A DNA stretch of 64,000 nt, from positions 93,682,001-93,746,000 of the forward strand of contig NC_043005.1 of assembly GCF_006345805.1 (NCBI RefSeq). Direction: 5' to 3'. Under the pieces are notes generated by a model. The model saw only the letters and a list, made by a program, of their open reading frames with translations. It had not been told where the DNA came from and did no database searches. Below, piece by piece: positions 42,301-56,686 of the stretch (position 1 is the first letter of the stretch; each line of letters starts with the position of its first letter). Source of the stretch: Octopus sinensis (lineage: Eukaryota). A program made the translations under genes and the position numbers.

Positions 42301-45300
42301 AATTTTCTAAAGTTTATTACATTGTGCCAGTTATGTATTTGCTGAAAGTAAGTGTAATCAATTTTACTACGTAATAGACAACACCAGGTCTGCTCAGTGG
42401 TGTGTCATCATAGCTATTCAATGTTATAAACTGATAGATCTCTTACCATATTTCTGTTGAAATATGCTGCCTTTATTTCAGTTAATTTTGAAAATCATGA
42501 AAAATCTCGGTAAAATTTCTTTGTCATTCAAAGCTGGTGTTTAGAACATGAATTTTTGTTGGAAGAATTTTAATTTAGTCTTAGTGAAAGGTTTCAAATT
42601 CGATCCGTTTGAAACAGAAAGGTTATACCATAAAACCAGTAGCAATCTTAGGTGGGTTGATATAAAAAGGGTTAAATTGAAACAGAGACCTATAAAATTA
42701 ATGTGAGATTAAATGATGGCATATTATGGTAAGAAATATTGCAAGATGGGTGGATAGTGGAATCAGTTGAGCATCAGATAAAACACGTAGTGGTATTTGA
42801 TTACCTTTTGATTTTAAACCTAGATCAGGTTCACTGCGCTTATTGTCTATCATCATCATCATCTGCTTTTCATGTTGGCATGGGTTAGATGGTTTGACTG
42901 ACACTAGTAAGCTGAGGGCTGTGTCAGGTTCAAATCCAACTTGGCATGGTTTCCCTCAGCTGGATGCCCTTCCTAATGCCAGGGTACTTTTCACTTTCCA
43001 ACAGCACGGGGGCCAGTTACGTGGTGCCACCATTGGCCATGACTACAATTTCACTTGGCTTTTGATGCATCTTGTCAAGCACAGCCTATCACCAAACATC
43101 TTGGTCACTTGTCATTGCCTCCATGAGGCCCAACATTCGAAGGGTACTTTTTATGTACCTCTTACATTACACCGACATTGGCCACAGTTACAATTTCACC
43201 TAGCTTCATGGGTCTTTTCAAGAACGGCACATCACCAAAGGTCTCAGTCTCTTGTGAGGCTCAACGTTTGACAATCATACTTCACCAACTCATCCCATGT
43301 CCTCTGCCTCTTCCACAGGTTCCCTCCACTGATTGATAAATAAGTTTTGGGGCAGTGGGTGTTGGTTGATGAATTTGATTATTCTCTCGAGATTGCTGCC
43401 TCAGTTTGACCATTGTCCTATAACTGGAAATAAAAAAGCAAATGTAAAATAGAAATGGTGTTGCAGTGTCCGTTTGGAAAACTGACCCCACCAAATATAT
43501 AAACCTGATTCTGTTGGCTTATTGTGGGATGAGTGGTAGTTGTACTGTAGAATAATTCCTAAAGAAACCAAACAGTGCATTAACAGGTGAAGATTTGTTG
43601 AATATTGATTATTGTTCAGAAACCATATTGAAATTATGCCTTTTCTAGTGGAGAAAGTCAGCAGTTTTGAAGTTAATTAGGGACAAAGTTGTTGGGTCTT
43701 CACTTGACAAAATTATTTGGATTGTATCTTCAGTAATATTTTTGCAGCAAGACTACATTTCAATCCTATTCCAGAAGTAAGTGTCTTGCAGCATTTCTTC
43801 TTGCTTTGCATTCTGGATTCAAATCCTACTCTCATCAACTAATAAAGAACCAATCAATTAACTGGAGCTGATGTCATTGTCATTTGTGAGCTTTCTTCCT
43901 TAACCCCCAAATTACTGCTAGTTGTACCTAAATTAGAAACAATTATTATTACAAACATAAAGCATGCTTTCATACATTAAAATATTTCCAGCATTTTCTG
44001 AAAGATTTATGCAATTAGTTTGGAGAATTTCATGAAAGCCACAAGAAACAATGGTTTGAAATGTTTGTCTCTCTTCAGTTAATTTGATTTTAATTAGTTT
44101 TTACTTTTTCATTCAGGGTTTGCTGGATGTCAGTGATAATTATATTTATGATGAACTTCTCAAAGGCAATGAAAAAAATTCTTTTTACAAAAGGTAAAGA
44201 AATCTTTACACCCTTATACATATACACATTCATATACATAAACATGTGTACATATCATATATGTTAAGTATGTGCATTTACATTCCATGTTCTCCCGTGA
44301 AATGCATTGAGCAAAAACTAGTGACATTTGTTGACATCCCCTGCTAGCAAATTTTTTGCAACTCTGCATGTTTGGGGACAGTGGAATGAATAGAAAATTC
44401 ATTACTTGGAAAATAGTTAAACGTTAGAAATAGGAAAGGATGATCTCAGGTAAGTTGATATCAAAACAATTCCTTAATATGTATTCATCCAGTCCATGTT
44501 AGCATAAAAAAACAGACATAAAAATCTATGAAGGAGCAAACAAACTAATATCATTAATTCTCTGTTAATCATTCAATATTGTTGAGTGTATTATTTAGTA
44601 TTCTTATTTTGATTCTTTGAAGTTGTATGGTAACATAAGTTTCCCATTCCTTTACACAATCCTTTGCATTTTATTGAAAGTATTTTTGGTGGGGTGGCTG
44701 AAGGGATTGGGTGGAAGAGGGCAGATAAGGCAGTGCTCCGTAGTCTGCTTCTCTAGGGAAAAACATTCACATCATGACAATTGCTAAGCCCTTGCAACCC
44801 TTACAGTTGAGGGGCCCCATGTTAAGATCAAAGTACGTAGATAAATCATCTATTTACTGGATTAAGATGTTGGACTATTTTAACTGAAAATTTCAAGAAA
44901 TAAAATGTTGATAATACATTGTACCTGCAAAAGTTCTTGTAAAAATATTACATTGTATCACAAACGTCCCTACCTAAATAGGCTTTGCATACTCTGGTCC
45001 TTATTACATAAATTGAAAACGGAAACTCAGTTTTGTTGATGCAACCGAATTGTGCCCAAAGTTTAAATTTTTGATGAACAGCTCCTTTTATTAAAACCAC
45101 TGAAATAGGGTGACAGGATTCTTTGGTAGCAAAATGTAAGCATCCATGGTGACTGTCTGGAAAATAAATTATTTGAAATGACATTTGAAAAAAAAGCTCC
45201 ATAAACGAAATGTCTCACTAAATGAAGCAATGGACAGAAATAAGTTTAATACATGCATTGCATTTTAAAAATTTATATTTCACTGCATGTTCTGTAGCTA

Positions 45301-48300
45301 TACTTACATCCACACATTACACTTGTATGTGTGTCACCTGTTTTTATTTGTCATAACCAAATACATGTAGGCCAACATACATATTTGTACTTGTTGATAA
45401 GGAGCTAAGTATTATGTGTGTATGTAACATTTGTAAATATTGCATTAATTTTATGCAATTTTTACTGAGCACCTTGTGTTTCAGATCTCAAGTGATGTTG
45501 TTCTGAAAGCATGAATCTGGTGCACAAAAGTGCAAAAAATGAGAGAAACTGGTAAATGACAGGAAGCGTATGGCTGGAATTATGGATCATTTCATGCTAC
45601 CATATACATCAGTGATATTACTATCATCGAATAGCAATGCACCACAGCCCGGAGAAGACGGGCAAGCAAATAATGATGGAAACACCAAACAACAACAAAT
45701 GCATGGATGCGATGAAATTTCACAGCAGGTTACTAAATTTTTAGCAGCGAAGGGAAATGCAAAGGACTTATATGATGCATACTGTCAACAATCCTATTTA
45801 CCTATTGCTGAAAATATGGTTGTGCAACAAGAAGCAATCACTATCACTACTAACCCTGCATCTTGGCTAGAAACTATATCTGATGGCATGCGTATTCACA
45901 TTAGGAAACTTGGAGCTGTTCAAGTAAAAAGGTACAAATTTTCTAAATCAAAAGAAAACTGCAGATTCAATCCTGACTTCTATTCTAAGATGCTGCCAAA
46001 TGGCAAAAAGATGGTTCGAATGTGGCTTGTATATTCAATTCAGCATGATGTGGTTGTTTCTGATGCAAGCTGTTTGGTCACAGTAAAATGAGACTAACAT
46101 CTGAAGGATTCAGCAGTTGGGAATATTTGAGCAAGTCCTTAGAAGAACACGAGAAATCAATGGACCATAGACAGCACATGATTAAATGGAAGGAACTTGA
46201 ATTTCACCTTAAAACAGCCTCAACTCTTGACAAACAGGCGATTGCTTTAGTGGAAAAGGAGAGCTCATTACCGCGTAGTGTTAGAACGAATCTTGGCAGT
46301 TCTGTTTTTAGTAGAGAGGAATATGACCTTTCGTATTGTTTCCGATAGGCTCAATGTTCATCGTAATGAAAATCTTTTAGGCAAAGTGCAATTGCTTGCA
46401 AAGTTTGATCCCATTTTGGCAGAACCCCCTGCGACATATTCAAAATGCAGAAACAGTGGCTCATTATTTGGGAGTCAAATTGACCTCGCTCATTTCTGAC
46501 TACATTTTGAAAGAAATGACCAATTGGGTGAAGGCTGCTAAAAATTACAGCATTGTACTCGATTGCACGCCATCAGCCATCAGGAGCAAATGACCGTGAT
46601 CATCCGTTTCTTCGAACTTCAAAGAGACAAAACCAAAATCAAAGAGTTCTTTGTTGGATTTTTGAAAGTTGCTGACACAAATAGAGCCAGATGTTTTGAA
46701 TCACACTTGGAGAAGCTCGCTTTATTGGGGTTGGATCTGATGGATTGTAGAGGCCAAAGTTATGATAATGGCAGTAATATGAAGGGAAAACATTGTGGCA
46801 TTCAAGCAGATTCTTCAGAAGAAGAATCCATGAGTGTTCTCTTTACCTTGTATGAATCACAGTCTAAACCTTATGTGCGATGCAACAAGCTCATCAGTGC
46901 TGGCTGTCTATTTCTTTGGTTACTTCAGTACGTATATTCATTTTTTGCAGCATCAACTTTTAGATGGAACGCTTTGAAGGAATTCTGCTCCATCAGACAC
47001 TTGCCGGGAAAGTAAAATTGGAAGCATAAAAACCCTTCGATTCAAAACTAAGGACATCCACAGCACATTGATAAGCATTTGTAATGCTTCAAGAGGCAAA
47101 GAACCCAAAGCTTACTAAGAAGCGAATGCATTAGTTGCAGAAATTGCTTCCTTTCGCTTCCTTCTGTGTTTGGTAAATGGTATGATCTGCTAATTGACAT
47201 CAACAAGGTCAGCAAGCTACTTCAGCATGAAAACATGCAAATTGACGTTGCCCAGGAGCTTATCTCATCCACACAGTCTCTGCTGCGCAGCTATCGAGAA
47301 GACGACATGTTTTTCTCATCAGTAGTCAATGTCGCAACCGAATTATGTGAACAACTGGAGATACTGTCAGAGATGTCAAGTGAAAGGAAACATAGTGTAC
47401 CACACTACTTTGGATATGAAAGTGAAGATAAACCTCTTGTTGATGCTTTGCAAAATTTCAAAGTGCATTTCTTTGTTCACGCAATTGACGTTGCTCTTGT
47501 CTCCCTTGGTGAAAGCTTTGACATTCTGAGCAAGCACAATGACATCTTTGCGTTCCTTTACAACATTCCTTCACTGAAACACTGAGAAAATCAGAAGCTA
47601 TTGGAACACTGAACTAACAGTACGTACCGATGAGGATGATGTTGTCAAGGCAGATATTGAGAAGACAGAGCTAGCAGAAGAGCTTCGTTCACTTTCACAT
47701 TTTCTATCACCTGAGTGTAAGAAAGTCCGTGATGTGGTCGATTATATTCAGAAATCTGGCCTTGTGGAGATTTTCCCTAGTGTGTTAGTGACTTTGTGAA
47801 TTATCCTTTCAAAGCCTGTGAGTGCTGTATGTGGAGAGTGCAGTTTCTCCAAATTGAAGTTGATTAAATCATACCTGCAGTTTACTATGGTACAGGAAAG
47901 ACTTTGTGGATTGTCGATATCTTTTACGTGCCAGTGGCATTAGGAAGGGCATCCAAATCAAGATTGGAGCCTGGTTCGCCAGCCCTCAGTCAAAATCGTC
48001 CAACCCATGCTAGCATGGAAAGCGGACGTTAAACGATGATGATGATGTTGATGATCTATTGAACACAAACTTTCATCTTGATTATTCTGAACTGATTGAT
48101 GATTTTGCTAAGTGAAAAGTGTGCCATGTTTGTCTTTGAAAGTTGCCTGGATTATAAAAGTGCTCTTTTATTTATATCTGGAAGTTTTACTTATTGAAAT
48201 TTGTAAGAGACCTAAATAAATTTAACTTGTACTTTAAAGATGTTCTTTAGGATAATGTGAAATATTGAACTGCAGATAGAATAAAGTAAAATATAATTAG

Positions 48301-51300
48301 GAATTAAAGGTGTGTAGATTATGAGTTTTGATTGAAGGGATGGAGCCTCAAAACAAAAAGTTGCAGGGGTCCTCTAAAAGTCACGCCCTGTTTCACATTG
48401 CAATCCTTATCAAGTAACACTTGATATTACCTTTCAAATTCTACCAAACACTCTGAAGCGAAGATGAAAGATAACAATGTCTGGAAGTTGCTCCTCATTC
48501 TGGAGCATTAATTGTATGAATGTTTCAACACTTTGGTCTCCAGTGGCTTTACCTCTCAGTCACTGAGCCTTTATCATCATTATTGTCACCTTTTATTATT
48601 TTTATTATTATCATTAATATCTTATTTCAGCTGTATTATATTTATGTTACGTCAACTTTCCAATGAAGATCTTCTTAGTCAGTCAAGTGTACTCAAGTAT
48701 CTGGGTAGTAAATTCCGTGCTATGTACAACAATCCCTGGCTCAGTGATGAGATAATGGGTGAAAGGTTATTGAGGTAAGTTGATCACTTTTGTATTATTT
48801 CTACATGTGCATGTATGCATATACATGTTGCATATGTTGTAAACTGCACTTCTTCCTGAACATGATGCAGCTTTTCTTAATTTTTAATGTTTTGTTCTTT
48901 GTAGCGATTACATTTGTATCCACCTCCAGTCAAATGTCGACAAGTTCAACCTTCTTGTGTAAGTATTCCTGCATTTTTGTTATTTCAATTCTTATCCTTC
49001 TTTTCTTTAATCCATTTTGTTGCATTGTCACTATACCGTTTTGTTAGCCCTGGGTCAGCCTCGATTGAGCACAGCTGTAATCAAAGATCTTCCAGTCTTT
49101 TTGTGTATTGAAACTACATTGTTCAATGTGTTTCATTTTAAAGAAATACATTGTGATTTTGTTGCTATTTCGATCTGGTTAGGTGGCCACAGAGTGGCAC
49201 AATTGTGAGTTCAGTATCATCATTCATCTCGTGTATTCTATTATGGAGTTTAGTTCAAGAATGTTCAACTCTTTCCATCATCATTTTAATGTCTACGAGA
49301 CTTCTGGCAGTTTGCTGTGCTTGAGAAGACACACCAAGCATACAGGCATATTTTCTACATTACTCTCTCAGCAGAGAGATCCTAGTTTTGTAAGTTCATG
49401 GGTGCTGGTGCCATGTTAAAGGCACCCAGTCCACACTCTGTTAAGTGGTTGGCATTAGGAAGGGCATCCAGCTGTAGAAACCATGCCAAAACAAACAAAC
49501 GGAGTCTGGGCAGCACTTCAGCTGACCAGATCCTGTCAAACTGTCCAACCCATAGCAACATGGAGGACACATGTTAAAAGAGGATGATTTTCTATGCTTG
49601 CATGGGTCAGATATGAACATGTGGAGCTGAGTTTTCTATGGCTAATCTACCTGATATAACCCCCACTTGTGTCCAAGGCAGGAAGTAATCTCCCAGTCTA
49701 CCAAACAATAAACAGCCCAGACATGTTTGTGTGAAGAACTGGAAACAAATGACACTATGGTCGAGCTTTTTGCTTTCAAAGATCTCAAAGCCTGGACATG
49801 CTCTCACAATGGACTGCAAGCAAACACCAGTAGCAAAGCCATTGTTTATATGTGTAGACAAAGGAAATACAAGCACACATGAACACACACAAACATACAT
49901 GCACACGCATGTGTGTAATGGGTTTCTTTCAGTTTCCATCTATCAAATTCACTCACAAGGCTTTGGTTAACCTGGAGCTATAGTAGAAGACACTTGGCTG
50001 AGGTTCTTTGCAATGGGACTAATCCCAAAACCATATGATTAGGAAAATATATAAGACACATATATATCACTTTTTTATATATACCACTTTTGTCAATGTA
50101 TTTACTGATGTGTATGTATATATGTTTGTGTATATATATATATATATATATGAATGGCACAATCATATGTACCAACTTTTCAATAGTAATTTTTCACAAC
50201 TTTGGGAATATCTTTCCAATGATATTTATTATAATAATTAATCGAATATATAAAGCATAATTTTCAGGTAAGTTCTGTATTTTTATTATTAATTAAAAAT
50301 ATACTGTATATTGCTATTTGATATTTACATGTTCCAATGAATTGTTACTTTTGCCATAATTAACTCCATCCAATCAAATGGAGGTAACATCATTACTATT
50401 TTTGTTATTGGGTAACCATTAATTGGCTCATATTTTACAAATTTAAAGTGTTTAACCCTTTAGTGTTCAGATTACTCTGTCAAATGTGATGTTTGGTTAT
50501 TTAAAATGGTTTGAATTAATCATGCATTATCTTGTAGTTTAGAGATTTCAGTGATGTCATTTTTTAGTTTTAGAACGACATGGTAGGGCTGAGGTGAGAG
50601 GTGAGATCTGGTCAGTTTCAATATAAAACAGGTTAAATATTTTGGCCAGATATGGCCGGTTTGAATGCGAAAGGGTTAAACAGCTAATTACATACTTAAT
50701 GGTGCCTTTCAAACTTCAAAGTTGAAATAATATTGTCTTGTCTTTAATTACTTAGTCTATTTCTGTAATGGTTTATTCATTCATTCCAACTGGCTAAAAA
50801 TGATAGCTATGGTAAAATATAAAACCAGTTAATATACATAGTTCATAAAATTGCTGTAAATTCTTTGCAGTTACCTGGTTAAAAAACTGTATGCTTTTGT
50901 CCGTGGTGAATGTGCTGCTGATAACAGAGACAGTATAATAAATCATGAAGTTTTGGATGCTGGTCGCCTGTATTCCTTGGTACTTTTTGTAAGTATTTCT
51001 GTAAATGTTTTACCTTTTTACATGTTTCAGTCATTGGTCTGTGACCATGCCTCGAAGGGTTTGGTCAGGTTTTATTTTTTGAAATTTGATACTTTTCCTA
51101 TTGGCCCCTTTTGCTGAACTGCAAACTTATAGGAATGTAAACAAATCAAAATACTGGATCTCAACCAGTGGCAGAGGGCACAAACAGAAAGATGGACAGA
51201 CATACACACACGATGGACTTTCACACTGTTTCTGCCTACTAAATTCACTCCCAATCCCAAAGCATTCGTCGGTCTGGGCTATAGTAGAAGACACTTGAAC

Positions 51301-54256
51301 AAGGTGCTCTGCAGGTGGATTGAACTTAAAATCACATGGTTGCAAAATGAGCTTCTTAACCACACAGCCATGCCTCTGCCTGTATATTGACTTTATTTCA
51401 ATTAATTTTGAAATTCAATTAAATATCTTTATCATTAATAAGCTGGTGTTTAGAACATAAATTAACAAGAAATCTCAATGGAAGGTTTTCACTTAGATCA
51501 CTTTTAGCATTCAGATTACTTTATCAAATCTATTCCTCTTGTTTTCAACTAACAATGTTTTATTTCTAGAAAGACATTGTAGGATGGGTGTGAGAGGCTG
51601 GATCTGACCAGTTTGAATGTAAAACAGAATGTTTGTGCTGGGTATGGCCAGTTTAAATGCTAAAATGTTAAAACAGGAAGTTTTTACCATAGAATGAGAG
51701 ATGGCTGCAGGATGTATGAAAAGGTTGACACCAGAAGGTTTAATTCTTCACTGCTCTTTAATGCATATTTCAAAATGACTTTGAAGCTTTGTACCATTTT
51801 CTTATCTCATTCTTTACAACCGAATTGATTCTCTATATCTGTGAATTCTATCTGTACAATATCATTTTTTGCTTATAATTTCATCTTTTAGATGAAATAT
51901 CAAATAAAATGAAGCCTCTCAAATGCTAATTAAATTATTTTAGTTGGCTTCTGAAATTATCATCTCACTCCAAATGTTGCTTTCGGGATTTTGATTTCAT
52001 TTTTGACTTCAATCTGTAGGGGTGCTGTCTAATCCCAGGTCAGCCTTTATGAAGTAGAGTGTCATGGGTTTTTCTTTTTCAGACAGTGTAATAAGACTAC
52101 GTTACCCAATATGTCTTTCCTTTCTTGAAATGGTAGACTGCATCGCTCTGATTTTTGGAACAGGTTGGGATTACTTGGTGGCCTCGCTATTGTGGGTGTC
52201 ACAAAAACATATATATATGATATATATATATATCTACACACACACATAGATGTGTACTTTTACAGAATATGTGTATAAACTTTTCCAGTTTGTAGTTCTA
52301 ATGTAATTCTTCATTAATTTCCAGGACAATTTGTACAAATGGTTGCGAAGTATCCAATATGAAATCAACAAGTTGCTCTCTTCTAAAAGTTACACGACAA
52401 TAACTCCTGGTATTTTATCAATTTCTTTATTTTATACAACTTTCTATGTGTACTATTTTGAATGATTTAAGGATGGTGGAATGTCCATTCTGTAGGGTTT
52501 TGGACTAAATATCTAATCCTTTAGTTTTGCCCCCTGCTCTCGAAGTTCAGATTGGTTAACTTCTTGAATATGGATGTCTTGAAGCTGACCTTTGACCTTT
52601 TGAACAAAACAGAAATGATGAAATGAAAGAGAATGGAAACCTCTTGCATATGACACACAATATATTTAATTATAAGCATTGTTTACTATGCTTAATTAAT
52701 TAGACTTCATTACCATTTTAGAGTATCTCTGTTTAATGATGGCTGATATAAATGTTGGTTGCTTTCTCCTCTCATGTTTTACACTATAGGGAGAGAGAGA
52801 ACAAAAGAGCTACAGAGAGAGTTAACATAGGAGGTGCAGGATGAGTGCACATACTTGGCTTGGCAGCAGGCAATGAATAAAAGAAAGCTGCACACACAAA
52901 CACACACAGAGTAAGAAAGAGGGAGAGGCTCATAGAGCCAAGGGTGAGGAGAGGGAGTAAATGTGAGAATAGTTGTGAGAGGAGGAAAAATTAGTTTTAT
53001 TTTTCGTGTAAGGTAATATATATATATACATATATATATAACAAAGTGAAGTTGTAAGGTACCGCACGAGTGGAATTATATATGAAAGAATGTTTGAAAA
53101 TGCAATTTTAAAAGATATTTATTCACTTGACCGGTTTCACTTTTTTAGAAAAAGATTGTCAAAAGTAACATGTAAAAGCTTTGTTGTGTTAGGTACTGGT
53201 TGTCACAAAATATTATTATCAAAGAATGTATATATATATATATACATTCTTTGATAATAATAAGAACATGTTAAAAACAGTTTACAAGGCAAAATCTTGG
53301 GAAAATATTAAAAAGTTCATTAAAATATTAGGCACAAAAAATTACAATACATATATATATTCTTTGATAATAATAAGAAAATGTTAAAAACAGTTTACAG
53401 AAAAAATCTTGAGAAATTATTATAAAGTTCATTAAAAATATCAGGATTTCATTAGAAATCATGTTTGTTTGGAAGTATTTATATATATAGAGAAAATTAT
53501 ACGTTCAAAAAGGTCATATTTTGGTAGTATATATATATACACAGGAGATATAACATGATTAGCATTAGATCTTCCTTCTGGCTCAACTTCTATCACTAAG
53601 TCTCTCTGTCTGTCTCTCTCTCTTACTATTTTTCTTTCCATTATCACCCCCCCCCCCCCCCCGCTGTTTTCTCTCAGTCTCTCCATTACTACCCTCACAA
53701 CAATAAATCTGTTCTTCCCATCTTATTCTCACCCAAAACCTGTAAAATGATTTACTAATTGAGCAGAGATAATGCAGCTTTTACAGCCAGACACCTTTTC
53801 TATCACAAACCATTTTGCAGTTTGTATTCAGTACATTTTATTATGCCTCTGACAGGTTGTTTCTAACTACCTAAAGATTTTCCTCTCCCACTGAATACTT
53901 GTGTTTGATGGTGTGTTATGTAACATATACACACGTGTGTTGAAACAGCTCTTTAGTTGTTTCTTAATATTCATAATATTGGGGGGAAAAAAAGAAATCA
54001 AACATAGAATTTTGCTGAACTACTTAACAGTTGATATGATAAGCAGCTGGATTGTGTTCATTAATATCTATAGCCATTTTAATCATCATTTAACGTCTGT
54101 TTTCCATATGTTGGCTGTGTGGTAAGTAGTTTGCTTCCCAACTATATGGTTCCGGGTTCAGTCCCACTGTGTGGCACTTTGGGCAAGTGTCTTCTATAGC
54201 TTCAAGCTGACCAAAGCCTTGTGAGTGGACTTGGTAGATGGAAACTGAAAGAAGCT

Positions 54257-54287
<31 letters not shown>

Positions 54288-56651
54288 TATAACGTGAGTG
54301 TCTTTGAGTCTGTATTTGTCCCTCACCACTGGTGTGTTTATGTCCCTGTAAGTTTGTGGTTTGGCAAAAGAGACCAATAGAATAAGTACTGGGGTTGATC
54401 AGTTTGACTCAAATTCCTCAGGGCAATGTCCCAGCATGGCCACAATCTAATGACTGAAACAAGTAAAAGAATATACAGATCATCATCATGGGTTGGACAG
54501 TTTTTACTGAGGGCTGGCGAGCCAGAAGGTTGCACCAGGCTCCAATCTGATCTGGCAAAGTTTCTACAGCTGGATGCCCTTCCTATATATATATGTATAT
54601 ATATATATATATGTAGGTCCCGGGTTGATTCGGGGTTAACCACAGTAAATAAGGTACTCAATACATAGCAGAGTAAAATTAATTTATTATATAGAAGGAG
54701 CTTCTACAGGACTAGAACTGTTTCATTCAAGAGAAATCTTCAGGAAGCTAGTTAACAAGAATTGTATTGGCATTTATACATTTAGGCAGGTTTAAAGGGG
54801 TGTTGGTGGGGGACTTTTTTGGGGGTAGGCATAGCGCAAAATATCATACTTGGGGGAGTGGTCAAGGAGTCAGTGTTAAATTAGATAGAAGAATAAATAA
54901 AAAAATAAAAAAATCTATATATAAAAAAAAGGGGAATAGAGTTTTAGGTAAATAAGGAGATTCTCACTTATACCTATGCACACATGTATACATACATACA
55001 CACACATATACAAACATATATACATATACATACACACATACATACACACACATATATATACATATATATACACTTACACATACACATACATATACATATC
55101 TACACATACACATATATGTATACATACACACACTCACATGCATACACGTATACACACATGTATATATACACACACGACCACACATACATATACGCACAGA
55201 AAAATATATATACACATACACACACATACTCACATACACGCATACACACACATATCCACACACAGCACACTAGTCCCTATATACACATATATACACATAC
55301 ACACACATATACACACACATACATACATATACATACATGTATATATATACATATGTGTACCTATGCATACCTACACATACACACATATATATACACATAC
55401 AAATACAGACCCATTCCCTAATTTTAATTTTATTATCTTCGTTTATTACTTTTGTTATCTTTGGCCGCTTGGTCACAAACATCTTGGCTATGACAGCCAG
55501 TCCATTTATCTGTCTACTGGAAAACAAGCACTCATTCACTCACGCACACTCTTTAGCACGTACACTCACTCATTCGTACACTCATACACATACACGCACG
55601 CACGCGTTATATTCATACATACATACATCTACATACATTCACGTATATACACATACGTACACGTACCTACAGATTCATGTCTACACTCTTAGAAGGCTAG
55701 TCTATATATATACACCAATAAATATAAATACACACACATACATATACACCTACATACAAATACATACATATATATATATATATATATTCACATATATATA
55801 CACATATATATATATACATATATACACACACATACGCATACACACACATATACATATATATACACTACACGCACATACACATGTACATGCGTACCCATAC
55901 ACACACACACACACACGCGCGCATCCATATATATACATAAGTACACACATGCGTAAAAGTATACATATATCTATGCTTACACATACACACACACACACGC
56001 GCCTCCTTATATTCATACTTACATGCATACTCAAAAAATAAGTAAATAGTAAAATATATATACGCGCAGTTATTCGTACATGCATACTCAAAAAATAAAT
56101 TATAAATATTAAGTATATGTACGTGCAGTTACCTATTATATAGACGGATACATACATATAAACTTACACATATATATATATATATATATATACATACATA
56201 CATATATACACACACACATACATATATACATACATATATATATACACACACACACATACACATACATATATACATACTTACACACATGTACATATAAATA
56301 CACACATAGATAACTCTACGTACCTACATATACATAAACACACGAGCGTACGCGTATATGTACATATACACATACACATACACACGCATATATATACATA
56401 CATACATACACATACACACATGTATACACACACACACATATACACATATATATACATACACATATACATACATATATATATATATATACATATATATATA
56501 CACATATACATATACATATACACATACACACACATATATACATGTGTGCAAACATACATACATTCTCATACAAGCAGACACACTTACATTTACATATATA
56601 CACACACTTACACACATATATACATACATACATACATACGTATATGCATAC

Positions 56652-56686
<35 letters not shown>

